From an uncultured Candidatus Saccharibacteria bacterium (GTDB taxonomy: Bacteria > Patescibacteriota > Andersenbacteria > UBA10190), in assembly GCA_964610055.1 (NCBI GenBank), contig CAZSUC010000001.1, positions 505,692-569,691 on the forward strand: a stretch of DNA of 64,000 nucleotides, given 5' to 3'. Positions 19,288 through 27,487 of the stretch are shown piece by piece. The position numbers were made by a program, and so were the translations under genes. The notes beneath the pieces were generated by a model. That model searched no databases. It was given only the letters and a program-made list of their open reading frames with translations, and was not told the origin of the DNA. Numbering within the stretch: the stretch's first letter is position 1; the number at the start of each line of letters is the position of its first letter.

Positions 19288-21069
19288 CTATTCCAAAACA
19301 GCTTTAATGCGACGAATGCCAGCTCCAGCCGATTCCTCTTTTTTTATCTTAAAATGGCCTAATTCTCCAGTGCGAGACACATGGGGACCTCCGCAAATCT
19401 CTTTTGAATAGTCACCAATCGTATAGACACTCACTTTTTCTTCATATTTATGGGTAAACAATCCAATCGCACCAGCAGCTTTTGCTTCACCCACTGTCAT
19501 CTCTTCTCTGATTACCGGTAAATTTTGTTCAATCTGTTCGTTAACCTGTTGCGTAACCTGGTCAATTTGTTCCGGAGTTAACTTCGCATCATGCGTAAAA
19601 TCAAATCGTAATCTTTCAGGATTTATATTGCTTCCTTTTTGTTGCACATGATCACCTATGATACGCCGCAAAGCCTGATGCAATAAATGTGTAGTCGTAT
19701 GATATCGAACTGATTGTTCCGAATGATCAGATAGGCCACCCGCAAAACGCCCTGCTGTTGCCGTGCGCGACGTATCGCGATGTTCTTGTAGCGCCTTATC
19801 AAAACCTGCGTGATCAATTTCTAACCCCTTTTCATGCGCAATCTCTTCAGTTAACTCTAACGGAAAACCATATGACTCATACAATCTAAACACAACATCG
19901 CCTGGAATTGTATCCTTCCAGTTAAAACCAGTCTTTGCTAATTCCTTTAACCCCCGATCTAAAGCTGACTGAAAACGTTGAATTTCTTGTCCCAACTCGT
20001 TCAAGACTAAATCTTGGTGCTTTCTTAAACTAGGATAAGATTCCGCATATTCATTAATTACACACTCCGCGCCCGCACGCATCAAAGTTTCAATATTTTT
20101 TATTCCCAAAATTCGCGCTGACCGAACTGCGCGTCGAATAATGCGACGTAAAACATAACCTTGTTCTGACTTACTAGGCGCAATCGGAACATCGTCCCCC
20201 AAGACAAAAGTCGCCGCTTTTATATGATCGGCTAAAATTCTTTCCTGTCTCTCGTCTGCTTGCGATTCATTTTGACGAATCAGTTCCATTAAAGGTTGAT
20301 AAGAGTCAATTTCATAAATCGAACTCAATCTATTCAAAACCATAACCGTTCGCTCTAAACCCATGCCAGTATCTACGTTTTGCTGTGGCAATGACTCATA
20401 TTCACCGCTATCCGTGCGGTTAAATTGCATAAATACGTCATTCCAAATTTCTACCCAAGAATTATTCTCTGGATCAAATTTAACTGGCGGATCGGATTCT
20501 CCGGTCCAAAAAAACATTTCTGTATCTGGCCCTTGCGGCCCCGGAGCCTTCCCTCCAGCTGGCCACCAGTTATCTTCTTTCCCTAAAAAGGCAATTCTTT
20601 CTTCTGGTACACCAACTGATTTCCACACTTCGAATGCTTCATTGTCCCGTTGGTTTTGCTTATCTCCTCCAAAGACACTTACTGCTAAATATTCAGGTTT
20701 GATTCCTAACCATCGCGCATCAGTCAAGAATTCCCAACTAAATCTAATTGCTTCTTCTTTAAAATAATCACCTAAAGACCAATTCCCTAACATTTCAAAT
20801 ACAGTGGCATGGGTCGGATCTCCCACAGCTTCAATATCGGTCGTGCGTAAACACTTTTGAACATCTGTTAAGCGCGTACCAGCTGGATGAGGCTGACCTT
20901 TTAAATACGGTACTAACGGGTGCATACCAGCCGTAGTAAACAAAACTGACGGATCATTTTCTGGTACTAAGGGTGCCGATGAGATACGTGCATGCCCTTT
21001 GCTTTCAAAAAAACGTTGATATGTTTCTCTTAAGTCTCGAGAGGTTAATTTCTGCATAAGTTGCAGCAT
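19288..21069 (-). CDS. alaS: Alanyl-tRNA synthetase, short form (catalytic and editing domains; no C-terminal C-Ala domain)
   Basis: Class II AlaRS N-terminus (FFESKGHARISSAPLVPENDPSVLFTTAGM) plus editing-domain motifs HTTTHLLHQAL and CGGPHV. At 593 aa it is far shorter than the roughly 870 aa of canonical AlaS. Confidence 0.85.
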   Translation of the reverse strand: MLQLMQKLTSRDLRETYQRFFESKGHARISSAPLVPENDPSVLFTTAGMHPLVPYLKGQPHPAGTRLTDVQKCLRTTDIEAVGDPTHATVFEMLGNWSLGDYFKEEAIRFSWEFLTDARWLGIKPEYLAVSVFGGDKQNQRDNEAFEVWKSVGVPEERIAFLGKEDNWWPAGGKAPGPQGPDTEMFFWTGESDPPVKFDPENNSWVEIWNDVFMQFNRTDSGEYESLPQQNVDTGMGLERTVMVLNRLSSIYEIDSYQPLMELIRQNESQADERQERILADHIKAATFVLGDDVPIAPSKSEQGYVLRRIIRRAVRSARILGIKNIETLMRAGAECVINEYAESYPSLRKHQDLVLNELGQEIQRFQSALDRGLKELAKTGFNWKDTIPGDVVFRLYESYGFPLELTEEIAHEKGLEIDHAGFDKALQEHRDTSRTATAGRFAGGLSDHSEQSVRYHTTTHLLHQALRRIIGDHVQQKGSNINPERLRFDFTHDAKLTPEQIDQVTQQVNEQIEQNLPVIREEMTVGEAKAAGAIGLFTHKYEEKVSVYTIGDYSKEICGGPHVSRTGELGHFKIKKEESAGAGIRRIKAVLE

Positions 21070-21110
21070 AGCTAATCTGTGCTATTCTGTCATCGTTGTT
21101 CTTATTTAAT

Positions 21111-21297
21111 GAGACTGTAGCTCAATGACAGAGCATGTGAATCCAGGACATAGGGTATGTCAAGTCCTATCTTCATAGAAAAACGGGATAAGTCAACTCC
21201 TCCCGATTTTTTGTGAATAGGGCGCAATTCTCTAATACAGAATTGCCGGCAGCACTATTGTCTTCACAGGTCGTGGGTTCAAATCCTACCAGTCTCA
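21111..21297 (+). tRNA. tRNA-like gene with a roughly 116-nt insertion within the anticodon arm. Anticodon unresolved (CCA/Trp if the insertion lies between positions 37 and 38).
   Basis: 21111-21140 reads GAGACTG-TA-GCTC-AATGACA-GAGC-A-TGTGA (acceptor 5' strand, D-arm, 5' anticodon stem). 21264-21297 reads TCACA-GGTC-GTGGG-TTCAAAT-CCTAC-CAGTCTC-A (3' anticodon stem, variable loop, canonical T-arm, and an acceptor 3' strand complementary 7/7 to 21111-21117, then the discriminator). No CCA is encoded. A plus-strand terminator follows. Confidence 0.5.
21179..21212. terminator. Bidirectional terminator-like hairpin located inside the tRNA insertion
   Basis: AAAAA, then CGGGA (21184-21188), a 12-nt loop, TCCCG (21201-21205), then ATTTTTT. 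The T-tract is present in both orientations. It could terminate the minus-strand LOG gene about 120 nt upstream. Confidence 0.45.
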
Positions 21298-21302
21298 TCT
21301 TT

Positions 21303-21329
21303 AGTCCCTTATTTATAAGGGACTTTCTT
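21303..21329 (+). terminator. Intrinsic terminator downstream of the tRNA-like gene
   Basis: A 9-bp stem, AGTCCCTTA (21303-21311) paired with TAAGGGACT (21316-21324), with a 4-nt loop, followed by TTCTT. The T-run exists only on the plus strand. Confidence 0.5.
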
Positions 21330-22017
21330 AAAAATACTTACGTTCTTTTGAATCCTTGATCAGATTGAAAGCTTCTTGAGCCGTATCTACGATTGTATAA
21401 ATTTCTGTATCTCCAGGCGCAATAGTTTTATATTTTTCCACTAAATGAGTTCTCACCCAACTATCAAGTGGACCCCAAAACTCAGCTCCTAGACAAATTG
21501 CTGGCACATCCTCCATTTTTTTAGTTTGCAGCAAAGTAATCATTTCAAAAAACTCGTCTAAAGTTCCAAACCCACCCGGAAAGAAAACATATGCCTGCGC
21601 TGAAGCTGACAGCATGACTTTACGAGTAAAGAAATAATGGAAACCAATACCTTTATCAACATATGGATTTCGTCGTTGTTCCGACGGTAATTCAATATCT
21701 AACCCTATCGATTCTCCACCGGCCTCATGTGCCCCCCGGTTACCAGCCTCCATAATTCCCGGCCCACCACCAGTAATCACAGTAAATCCTGCCTCTCCAA
21801 GTAATTGCCCTAACTCACGCGCTTGTTTATACCAAGGAGAATCTTCTGTTAAACGAGCTGACCCAAAAAAAGTTACTTCTTTTCTTAGTGGTGCTAAAAA
21901 TTCAAATCCAGAAATAAATTCAGCCATAATCCGAAAAATGCGCCAATTCGCATCCTCGGCAAAATTAAAAGGCTTATCAATATTGAACAAATCTACTTCC
22001 TTTGCAGTATTACGCAT
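21328..22017 (-). CDS. LOG-family protein (cytokinin riboside 5'-monophosphate phosphoribohydrolase / TIGR00730 family)
   Basis: Signature motifs GGGPGIMEA and PGGFGTLDE. Confidence 0.8.
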   Translation of the reverse strand: MRNTAKEVDLFNIDKPFNFAEDANWRIFRIMAEFISGFEFLAPLRKEVTFFGSARLTEDSPWYKQARELGQLLGEAGFTVITGGGPGIMEAGNRGAHEAGGESIGLDIELPSEQRRNPYVDKGIGFHYFFTRKVMLSASAQAYVFFPGGFGTLDEFFEMITLLQTKKMEDVPAICLGAEFWGPLDSWVRTHLVEKYKTIAPGDTEIYTIVDTAQEAFNLIKDSKERKYF

Positions 22018-22041
22018 AACTCAAACTATTATAGCACATTC

Positions 22042-23685
22042 TTAAAGCGGCAGAGGTGGTAAAACTTTTTGCGCTTCCTGCTGCTTATTTTTATCTTGTC
22101 TTACAATATCCCAACATTCTTTACAGTATGCTGGTTTCCCTTGAGTGGGCAGAAAAGGAACGTCCGCCTGTTTTCCGCAACGAGCACACGTAATGATGTG
22201 TTTATGCGTATTTTTATTCCGGCTTTTTTGCTGATCTTTTTGCAAAAAACTCGCCAGGTCATTAATCGGTGCTTCTTTTGACTTAAGCACCACCTCTTCT
22301 AAAGCATTAGAGGCAATCTCCGAAGCAGACGGAATAGCAGATGTTTGCTTACGAGTATTCACCTGATCATTGCTTTCTTCTCGTCCTTCTTCCTCAAAAG
22401 CAGAACCGCTCCAGCGTCTAATTTTATCTTCAACAATCTGTTTTTTTCTGCCAAAACGTTCTCGCGAAACTTTTCGCACCACTTCACCTTTTGTAAACTT
22501 AAGTTCTTCTGGTGGCAACGTTTTCATACTAAACGGACGACTACTAATTCCGTTAATCATCAACTTGATATACGCGTTATATTTATCCAAATTTACTAAA
22601 TCAGCTTGCGTAAACACCGGCACAAATTCTTGTTCTAAATACTCTGCATCCGCTGCCCCTACTCTAAACGATACGATCGTGCCTACGTTTCCAAAAACTG
22701 CATCAGTCACCTCTTCTTCCATCTGTTTCACGTATTGATGTGCAATGGTTAGGTTGAGACGATATTTTCTTGCCTCCGATAAAATATCAGCAAAAGATTC
22801 AGTCGCAAAATTCTGAAATTCGTCTACGTACAAATAAAAATCTTTGCGTTCTTCTTCTGGAATTGCTGCCCGATCCATCGCTGCTAACTGAATTCGATTG
22901 ATCAACATTGCGCCTAACAGCCCCGAGTTATCCTCGCCAATTTTGCCTTTCGAGACATTCACTAACAAAATCTTTCCTTCATTCATAATCTCGTTCATAT
23001 TGATCGTGCTTTTAGGCTGCGCCACGATATTACGAATAATAGATGAACTTAATAGCTGCCCCACTTTGTTTTGAATTGGAGAAATCGCCTCGGTTCGAAA
23101 ACGCTCGTTATAGTTGGCAAACTCAGTCGTCCAAAAAGCTTTCACCACCGGATCCTGGATACAATCCACTACTTTTTTACGATAAGTTTTATCTGACAAC
23201 ATCCGTAAAATACCTAGAATTGTACTCGACGGATAATCCAGTAACGCTAAAATTGTATTTCTCAAAATATATTCCAACCGTGGCCCCCATGAATCCGCCC
23301 AAATTTTCTTTAATGAGCTCACTAGTCCAGAAGCAATCAGATATTTATACTGCGGGTCAAAAGCTTCTAATACATTAAATGCCACCGGATAATCTACATC
23401 GGAAGGATCAAAATACACCACGTCATTTATCCGTTCTGGTGGAATTGCATTTAATAATTTCTCGACCGTGTCCCCGTGCGGATCGACATAACAGACTCCT
23501 TTCCCCTGCACGATATCCTGAATAATCATATTCTCTAGCAACGTCGACTTTCCTACTCCTGTCTTTCCAATTACATATACATGTCTGCGCCTATCATCAG
23601 GGTAAATACCAAATTGTCGGCGTTGATTACGAAAATTCGTCTCTCCTAACACGGTAATATCATTTGTTTTATTCTCATCCGCCAT
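22042..23685 (-). CDS. Soluble TraG/TraD/VirD4-like (FtsK-HerA superfamily) P-loop ATPase with C-terminal CxxC...CxxC zinc ribbon
   Basis: Walker A (YVIGKTGVGKST), Walker B (FYLYVDEFQNF), and a downstream block (RKYRLNLTIAHQYVKQ...NVGTIVSFRVGAADAEYL) resembling the TraG-D_C coupling-protein C-terminal domain. No N-terminal transmembrane segments. The C-terminus reads CARCGKQ...CKEC. Confidence 0.6.
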   Translation of the reverse strand: MADENKTNDITVLGETNFRNQRRQFGIYPDDRRRHVYVIGKTGVGKSTLLENMIIQDIVQGKGVCYVDPHGDTVEKLLNAIPPERINDVVYFDPSDVDYPVAFNVLEAFDPQYKYLIASGLVSSLKKIWADSWGPRLEYILRNTILALLDYPSSTILGILRMLSDKTYRKKVVDCIQDPVVKAFWTTEFANYNERFRTEAISPIQNKVGQLLSSSIIRNIVAQPKSTINMNEIMNEGKILLVNVSKGKIGEDNSGLLGAMLINRIQLAAMDRAAIPEEERKDFYLYVDEFQNFATESFADILSEARKYRLNLTIAHQYVKQMEEEVTDAVFGNVGTIVSFRVGAADAEYLEQEFVPVFTQADLVNLDKYNAYIKLMINGISSRPFSMKTLPPEELKFTKGEVVRKVSRERFGRKKQIVEDKIRRWSGSAFEEEGREESNDQVNTRKQTSAIPSASEIASNALEEVVLKSKEAPINDLASFLQKDQQKSRNKNTHKHIITCARCGKQADVPFLPTQGKPAYCKECWDIVRQDKNKQQEAQKVLPPLPL

Positions 23686-23688
23686 AGC

Positions 23689-24969
23689 TTATACGTACGG
23701 TAAATTATCAGGTGGTGTCGCCATACCACTCTTCGCCCAAGTAACTCCCGGAGTTCTAACATAACGAGTTGGCAAATGAAAGATTGTTGCTAGTTCTTCC
23801 GCTGTCATCATCTGACCCGACTCATCTCCCCAAAAATCACGGGATTGATAATTCACTAAGGCTACTCGTTTACGCCACATTCTTCGCGCATGCTTCATAA
23901 AATAATTTGGGCCATTAGTTTTATTTCTTGATGGCTTAAAACTATTTAAATGAAACGTATTAAATTGCTTAAAAGCACCAACGGCTTTACTGATATTGGG
24001 CTTATATAATTTTCCGGCCGGGGCAATATAAATCACTCGTATTTTTGCTAAAAACCCCGTTCGGGAAACTTTTTGCAATATTCCTTTCATGGCCGCATCT
24101 TCAGCCGGATTGCTAAACTTTAGGATACGTTCTTGTTTTTCTTCTTCCGCCACCAAAGCCTCAGGACCCTCAAAAGCCGCTTTCATCAGTAATAAGGGGA
24201 AAGATGCAATAGCTTGAACTGCGCGTACAAATAAATTGGGTTCCGGATCCTCCTGGGGCTTTCCTGATATTTTAGAAATTTCTTCTTGTCCTTTTTCCGC
24301 CCATTTTGCAATCGCTCCTGCATCTATCGGTCGGATAAGAACTTGTACCCAAAATTCTTCCCCCGAACCAACATTAGAATAAGCCTCCACTAATGCCTGA
24401 TGAGGATCCATAAACTTTATGTCTTCTGCCAAAGCTTCCTCGTATTCTCGATATACCCGAATCGGATAAATATCAGATTCCACCAATTCAATATCAGCGC
24501 TCCATAAATCGTATGTCTTCTCTAAATTACGATAATCAAAACGACGCGTATAATCTGGTGCTTCTTTCACTTCAGCAGAAGGATATTGTCCATAAATCAC
24601 TCCTTCAAAAAATTTTGCATGTGCTGTCGGAACTATCATGAAATAACGTACTTCATTTTGACGGCACCAGATTTCGCATGAATACCAAGCCAAGAAATAT
24701 CCCATAAAATATTTTTCAACCAAATCTGGATTTTTATGAATTCCACCCCACACTTCAAAAGCATTTTCCATTGCCTTTGGTGTTTGATCATTATCTTCTG
24801 GAATCGAAATCTCAAAAACAGTCCATTCAATCGTAGAAACGTATTCAATGTGCTTAATCAGACGATAAACCTCCCAGGCTATCCATAAAGCTAAGACCAT
24901 TACCAAAATCCAGCCCCACGCCAAAATAGCGTCAAGCAGCACCACCACGGCGGCGCCAAAATCTATCAT
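23689..24969 (-). CDS. Hypothetical membrane protein (N-terminal transmembrane helices plus a roughly 380-aa soluble domain), probably translationally coupled to the downstream ATPase
   Basis: N-terminal hydrophobic segments (AAVVVLLDAILAWGWILVMVLALWIAW). Only 3 nt separate it from the ATPase gene. No motif I recognise. Confidence 0.4.
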   Translation of the reverse strand: MIDFGAAVVVLLDAILAWGWILVMVLALWIAWEVYRLIKHIEYVSTIEWTVFEISIPEDNDQTPKAMENAFEVWGGIHKNPDLVEKYFMGYFLAWYSCEIWCRQNEVRYFMIVPTAHAKFFEGVIYGQYPSAEVKEAPDYTRRFDYRNLEKTYDLWSADIELVESDIYPIRVYREYEEALAEDIKFMDPHQALVEAYSNVGSGEEFWVQVLIRPIDAGAIAKWAEKGQEEISKISGKPQEDPEPNLFVRAVQAIASFPLLLMKAAFEGPEALVAEEEKQERILKFSNPAEDAAMKGILQKVSRTGFLAKIRVIYIAPAGKLYKPNISKAVGAFKQFNTFHLNSFKPSRNKTNGPNYFMKHARRMWRKRVALVNYQSRDFWGDESGQMMTAEELATIFHLPTRYVRTPGVTWAKSGMATPPDNLPYV

Positions 24970-24990
24970 GTTAATATTATAGCACTCCTC

Positions 24991-26046
24991 TTACGGACGA
25001 CGGAGGGTATATCGATTTTCAGCTGTCTTACGAAAACGCTTATGATTCTGTAAGCCTAATAAAATTGTATTTTTCTTGACTTGACGCTGATTTAAAACTC
25101 GTTTCACCACTTCATCTCGAGTTAACGGAGTATTGGCTTCAGTTAATAATTTTTCAATCACATCTGAAACAGTACCAGCGATATATCCCCACTCTGCCAA
25201 CCCATACAGACCGCGTCCAACCAATACAAAGCGCTTATCTTTAATTAATTCATTATGTACGGTTTGCGCATTGGCGCGTTTGTGGTCAAAATTTGCCGCA
25301 TTAATTAATTCTGTAATCTTAGTAAAATGCTCAGGATTCTTATGGCGTCGCATAACCACATAGGCCTTATCACCTACTCCGCGTGGCTTTGTTTCTGACC
25401 AATCTAATAGACCCCACTCAGCAAATGGCGTCTTATCAATATCTTTGCTTGCGGTTAGAAAAGCTAAAATATGTCTTTCTGGTAACGCTTTATCATCCGC
25501 TTTTAAGTTAGTTCGAATCATTGTTACTATTTCCGATTCTGGTAATGGATGATTATATTGACGTAAAACATTAATCGCTTCTTCTATCACACTTTCGCTT
25601 GTACTTGATACCATATCTGGTAATCGCCAATGAGGCTGGAATAAAGAATGGCGAGATTCTAAACGATAAGGAGGTAAAACATCTAAGTAAAATACAACCG
25701 CATTACGACCTAAATCTTGATGAGCAAATTCAGCAATTGCTGTTACCGCGTTCTCTTCCGTTAAAACTGAGCCGTATGCCAAAAATACCTCATTGATTAA
25801 ATCAGTAGCCGGGTCAGTCAAATGCTTTAGGCCCACCAGCGCCTTCTTGGCTTGAGACTGAATCTGTCGCACTCGTTCACGTGTAATTCCATACTCTCGT
25901 CCGATCGCCTCTAAGGTTTCCGGTTCGTCTTTATTTAATCCATATCGACGCGTCATTACGTCCCGAGAACGTTCGTCCAGAACCTTCATCAGGTTATCAA
26001 TGTTTTTCTTTAAATCAACATTTATTTTTGAGGCCATAGGTGTCAT
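24991..26046 (-). CDS. Sigma-70 region-4-like HTH DNA-binding protein with C-terminal domain of unknown function
   Basis: N-terminal segment (LDERSRDVMTRRYGLNKDEPETLEAIGREYGITRERVRQIQSQAKKAL) closely matches sigma-70 region 4.2. About 270 aa with no recognisable motif follow. Confidence 0.5.
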   Translation of the reverse strand: MTPMASKINVDLKKNIDNLMKVLDERSRDVMTRRYGLNKDEPETLEAIGREYGITRERVRQIQSQAKKALVGLKHLTDPATDLINEVFLAYGSVLTEENAVTAIAEFAHQDLGRNAVVFYLDVLPPYRLESRHSLFQPHWRLPDMVSSTSESVIEEAINVLRQYNHPLPESEIVTMIRTNLKADDKALPERHILAFLTASKDIDKTPFAEWGLLDWSETKPRGVGDKAYVVMRRHKNPEHFTKITELINAANFDHKRANAQTVHNELIKDKRFVLVGRGLYGLAEWGYIAGTVSDVIEKLLTEANTPLTRDEVVKRVLNQRQVKKNTILLGLQNHKRFRKTAENRYTLRRP

Positions 26047-26093
26047 TTATTATTCTTGCTCGTATTTATAGTAAATAATTCTTAATATTGCAA

Positions 26094-26122
26094 ATTATAA
26101 CACTACATTGACTCTAAGTCAA
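26094..26122 (-). promoter_or_regulatory. Near-consensus sigma-70 promoter for the HTH gene. The -35 overlaps a perfect palindrome.
   Basis: On the minus strand: TTGACT (complement of 26117-26122), a 17-nt spacer, then TATAAT (complement of 26094-26099). The palindrome TTGACTCTAAGTCAA (26108-26122) contains the -35 hexamer. Confidence 0.5.
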
Positions 26123-26213
26123 GGATACTGCTTCTTAACATACCACCCTACACTAAGCCTCTATTTTTGTACAGCACTGGCTTATTTTCAATATGTCAAA
26201 TCTGATTGACAAA

Positions 26214-27482
26214 CTAGTTAAATAACTCCCTTGCAATACCATCTAAATATCCTGCCGAAAATATGACAATTAAGCCAAAATATTGCGATTCTTTCTGTAA
26301 TATTTCCTTTAATTCTGACCAGTCAGTCAGTGCTATGACGGGCTTATTTTTTGTCTCTAATTCATCTGCTAGTACTGTACTCTCTATTTTATTTTTACCT
26401 TCTTGTCTGGCTCGATAGACCGGACCAACAACTACTTTATCTGCCTCGCTCAAGGCCTCAACAAAATCATGTTGAAACTCTTGGAGACGATCCTCAGTGT
26501 GCGGTTCAATAATTGCCAAGATCTTTTTATCCGCATAATGAGCCCGCGCACCTTTAATTGTAGCCATAATTTCAGTTGGGTGATGGCCATAATCGCTAAC
26601 AATTAACGCTCGATTCAAGTTCCCGATAATTTCAAAACGACGTCCTAATCCCGGAAAAGTAGCTAGCGCCGCTTCCGCTTGGTGACGAGCAACTCCTAAC
26701 AATTCCGCCACCTTGACTGCCAAAGCCGCGTTATGCTGCATATGTTGACCCGGTATCGGTATTTTTATTTCACCCACTAAATCATTTCCAATTGTAATTA
26801 ATTGATTATTTTTAATAACCGGTTTCCATTCACTATATGTTTGTTCATCAGTAATCAATTTTCCTGTAGCCGGTAATTTATCAACCATGACTTGAAAACT
26901 CTGATAAACATCTTTTTTTGATTTGAAAAAATCAGGATGATCAAAATCTAAACTTGTGACAATTAAATATTCCGGATTTAACTTCCAAAAATGATTGCGA
27001 TATTCATCTGCTTCCACTACTAACCACTCATTTTTACCTACCCAGGCATTACCCAGCGGCCACCCCGGAACTTTTGCCCCTAAAAGTATACTCGCTTCAA
27101 CCTTATTATTTAGCAGAATATGCCCCAAAAAAGCTGTTGTTGATGATTTTCCATGCGTACCCGCTACAGCAATAACGTGATAATCCTGACTAAAATCACC
27201 TAACTCTTCTTGATATGGACGCAATGAAATATTAAATTCTTGCGCCATCATCAGTAACGGATGCTGGGCAGTTAAAGCATCCGAGTACACAACCCTTTGA
27301 CATGTTTGAATGCGATCCCGCATTTCCTTTTCGGTTATCAATTCAAATTCTTTTAAATCAGGATCATTAAATATGTCTTGATTTTGGTCACAACCACACA
27401 CTCTCACTCCCTTTGACTGCTCGAGTGCCGCTAACGCTCTCATTCCTGCCCCTCCAATTCCTAGAAAGCAAACTTGACTCAT
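26214..27482 (-). CDS. murC: UDP-N-acetylmuramate--L-alanine ligase
   Basis: N-terminus FLGIGGAGMRALA and Mur-ligase P-loop GTHGKSSTTA. Confidence 0.9.
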   Translation of the reverse strand: MSQVCFLGIGGAGMRALAALEQSKGVRVCGCDQNQDIFNDPDLKEFELITEKEMRDRIQTCQRVVYSDALTAQHPLLMMAQEFNISLRPYQEELGDFSQDYHVIAVAGTHGKSSTTAFLGHILLNNKVEASILLGAKVPGWPLGNAWVGKNEWLVVEADEYRNHFWKLNPEYLIVTSLDFDHPDFFKSKKDVYQSFQVMVDKLPATGKLITDEQTYSEWKPVIKNNQLITIGNDLVGEIKIPIPGQHMQHNAALAVKVAELLGVARHQAEAALATFPGLGRRFEIIGNLNRALIVSDYGHHPTEIMATIKGARAHYADKKILAIIEPHTEDRLQEFQHDFVEALSEADKVVVGPVYRARQEGKNKIESTVLADELETKNKPVIALTDWSELKEILQKESQYFGLIVIFSAGYLDGIARELFN

Positions 27483-27487
27483 GGGAA

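Noticed and set aside
21147-21262. Group I intron in the tRNA anticodon loop
   Set aside because: The insert is only about 116 nt and I could not recognise the P, Q, R and S core elements. Bacterial tRNA group I introns are usually over 200 nt. I report it as an insertion of unknown type rather than calling it a group I intron.
21303-21329. Hairpin abutting the LOG stop codon as the LOG gene's own terminator
   Set aside because: A T-tract follows the stem only on the plus strand. On the minus strand the sequence after the stem is AAAGATGAG. It is more likely the terminator of the plus-strand tRNA-like gene. The LOG transcript more plausibly ends at the bidirectional hairpin at 21179-21212.
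24636-24848. 70-aa same-strand internal ORF inside the 23689-24969 gene
   Set aside because: It is an alternative frame inside a well-supported longer ORF, with no independent signal. Treated as spurious.
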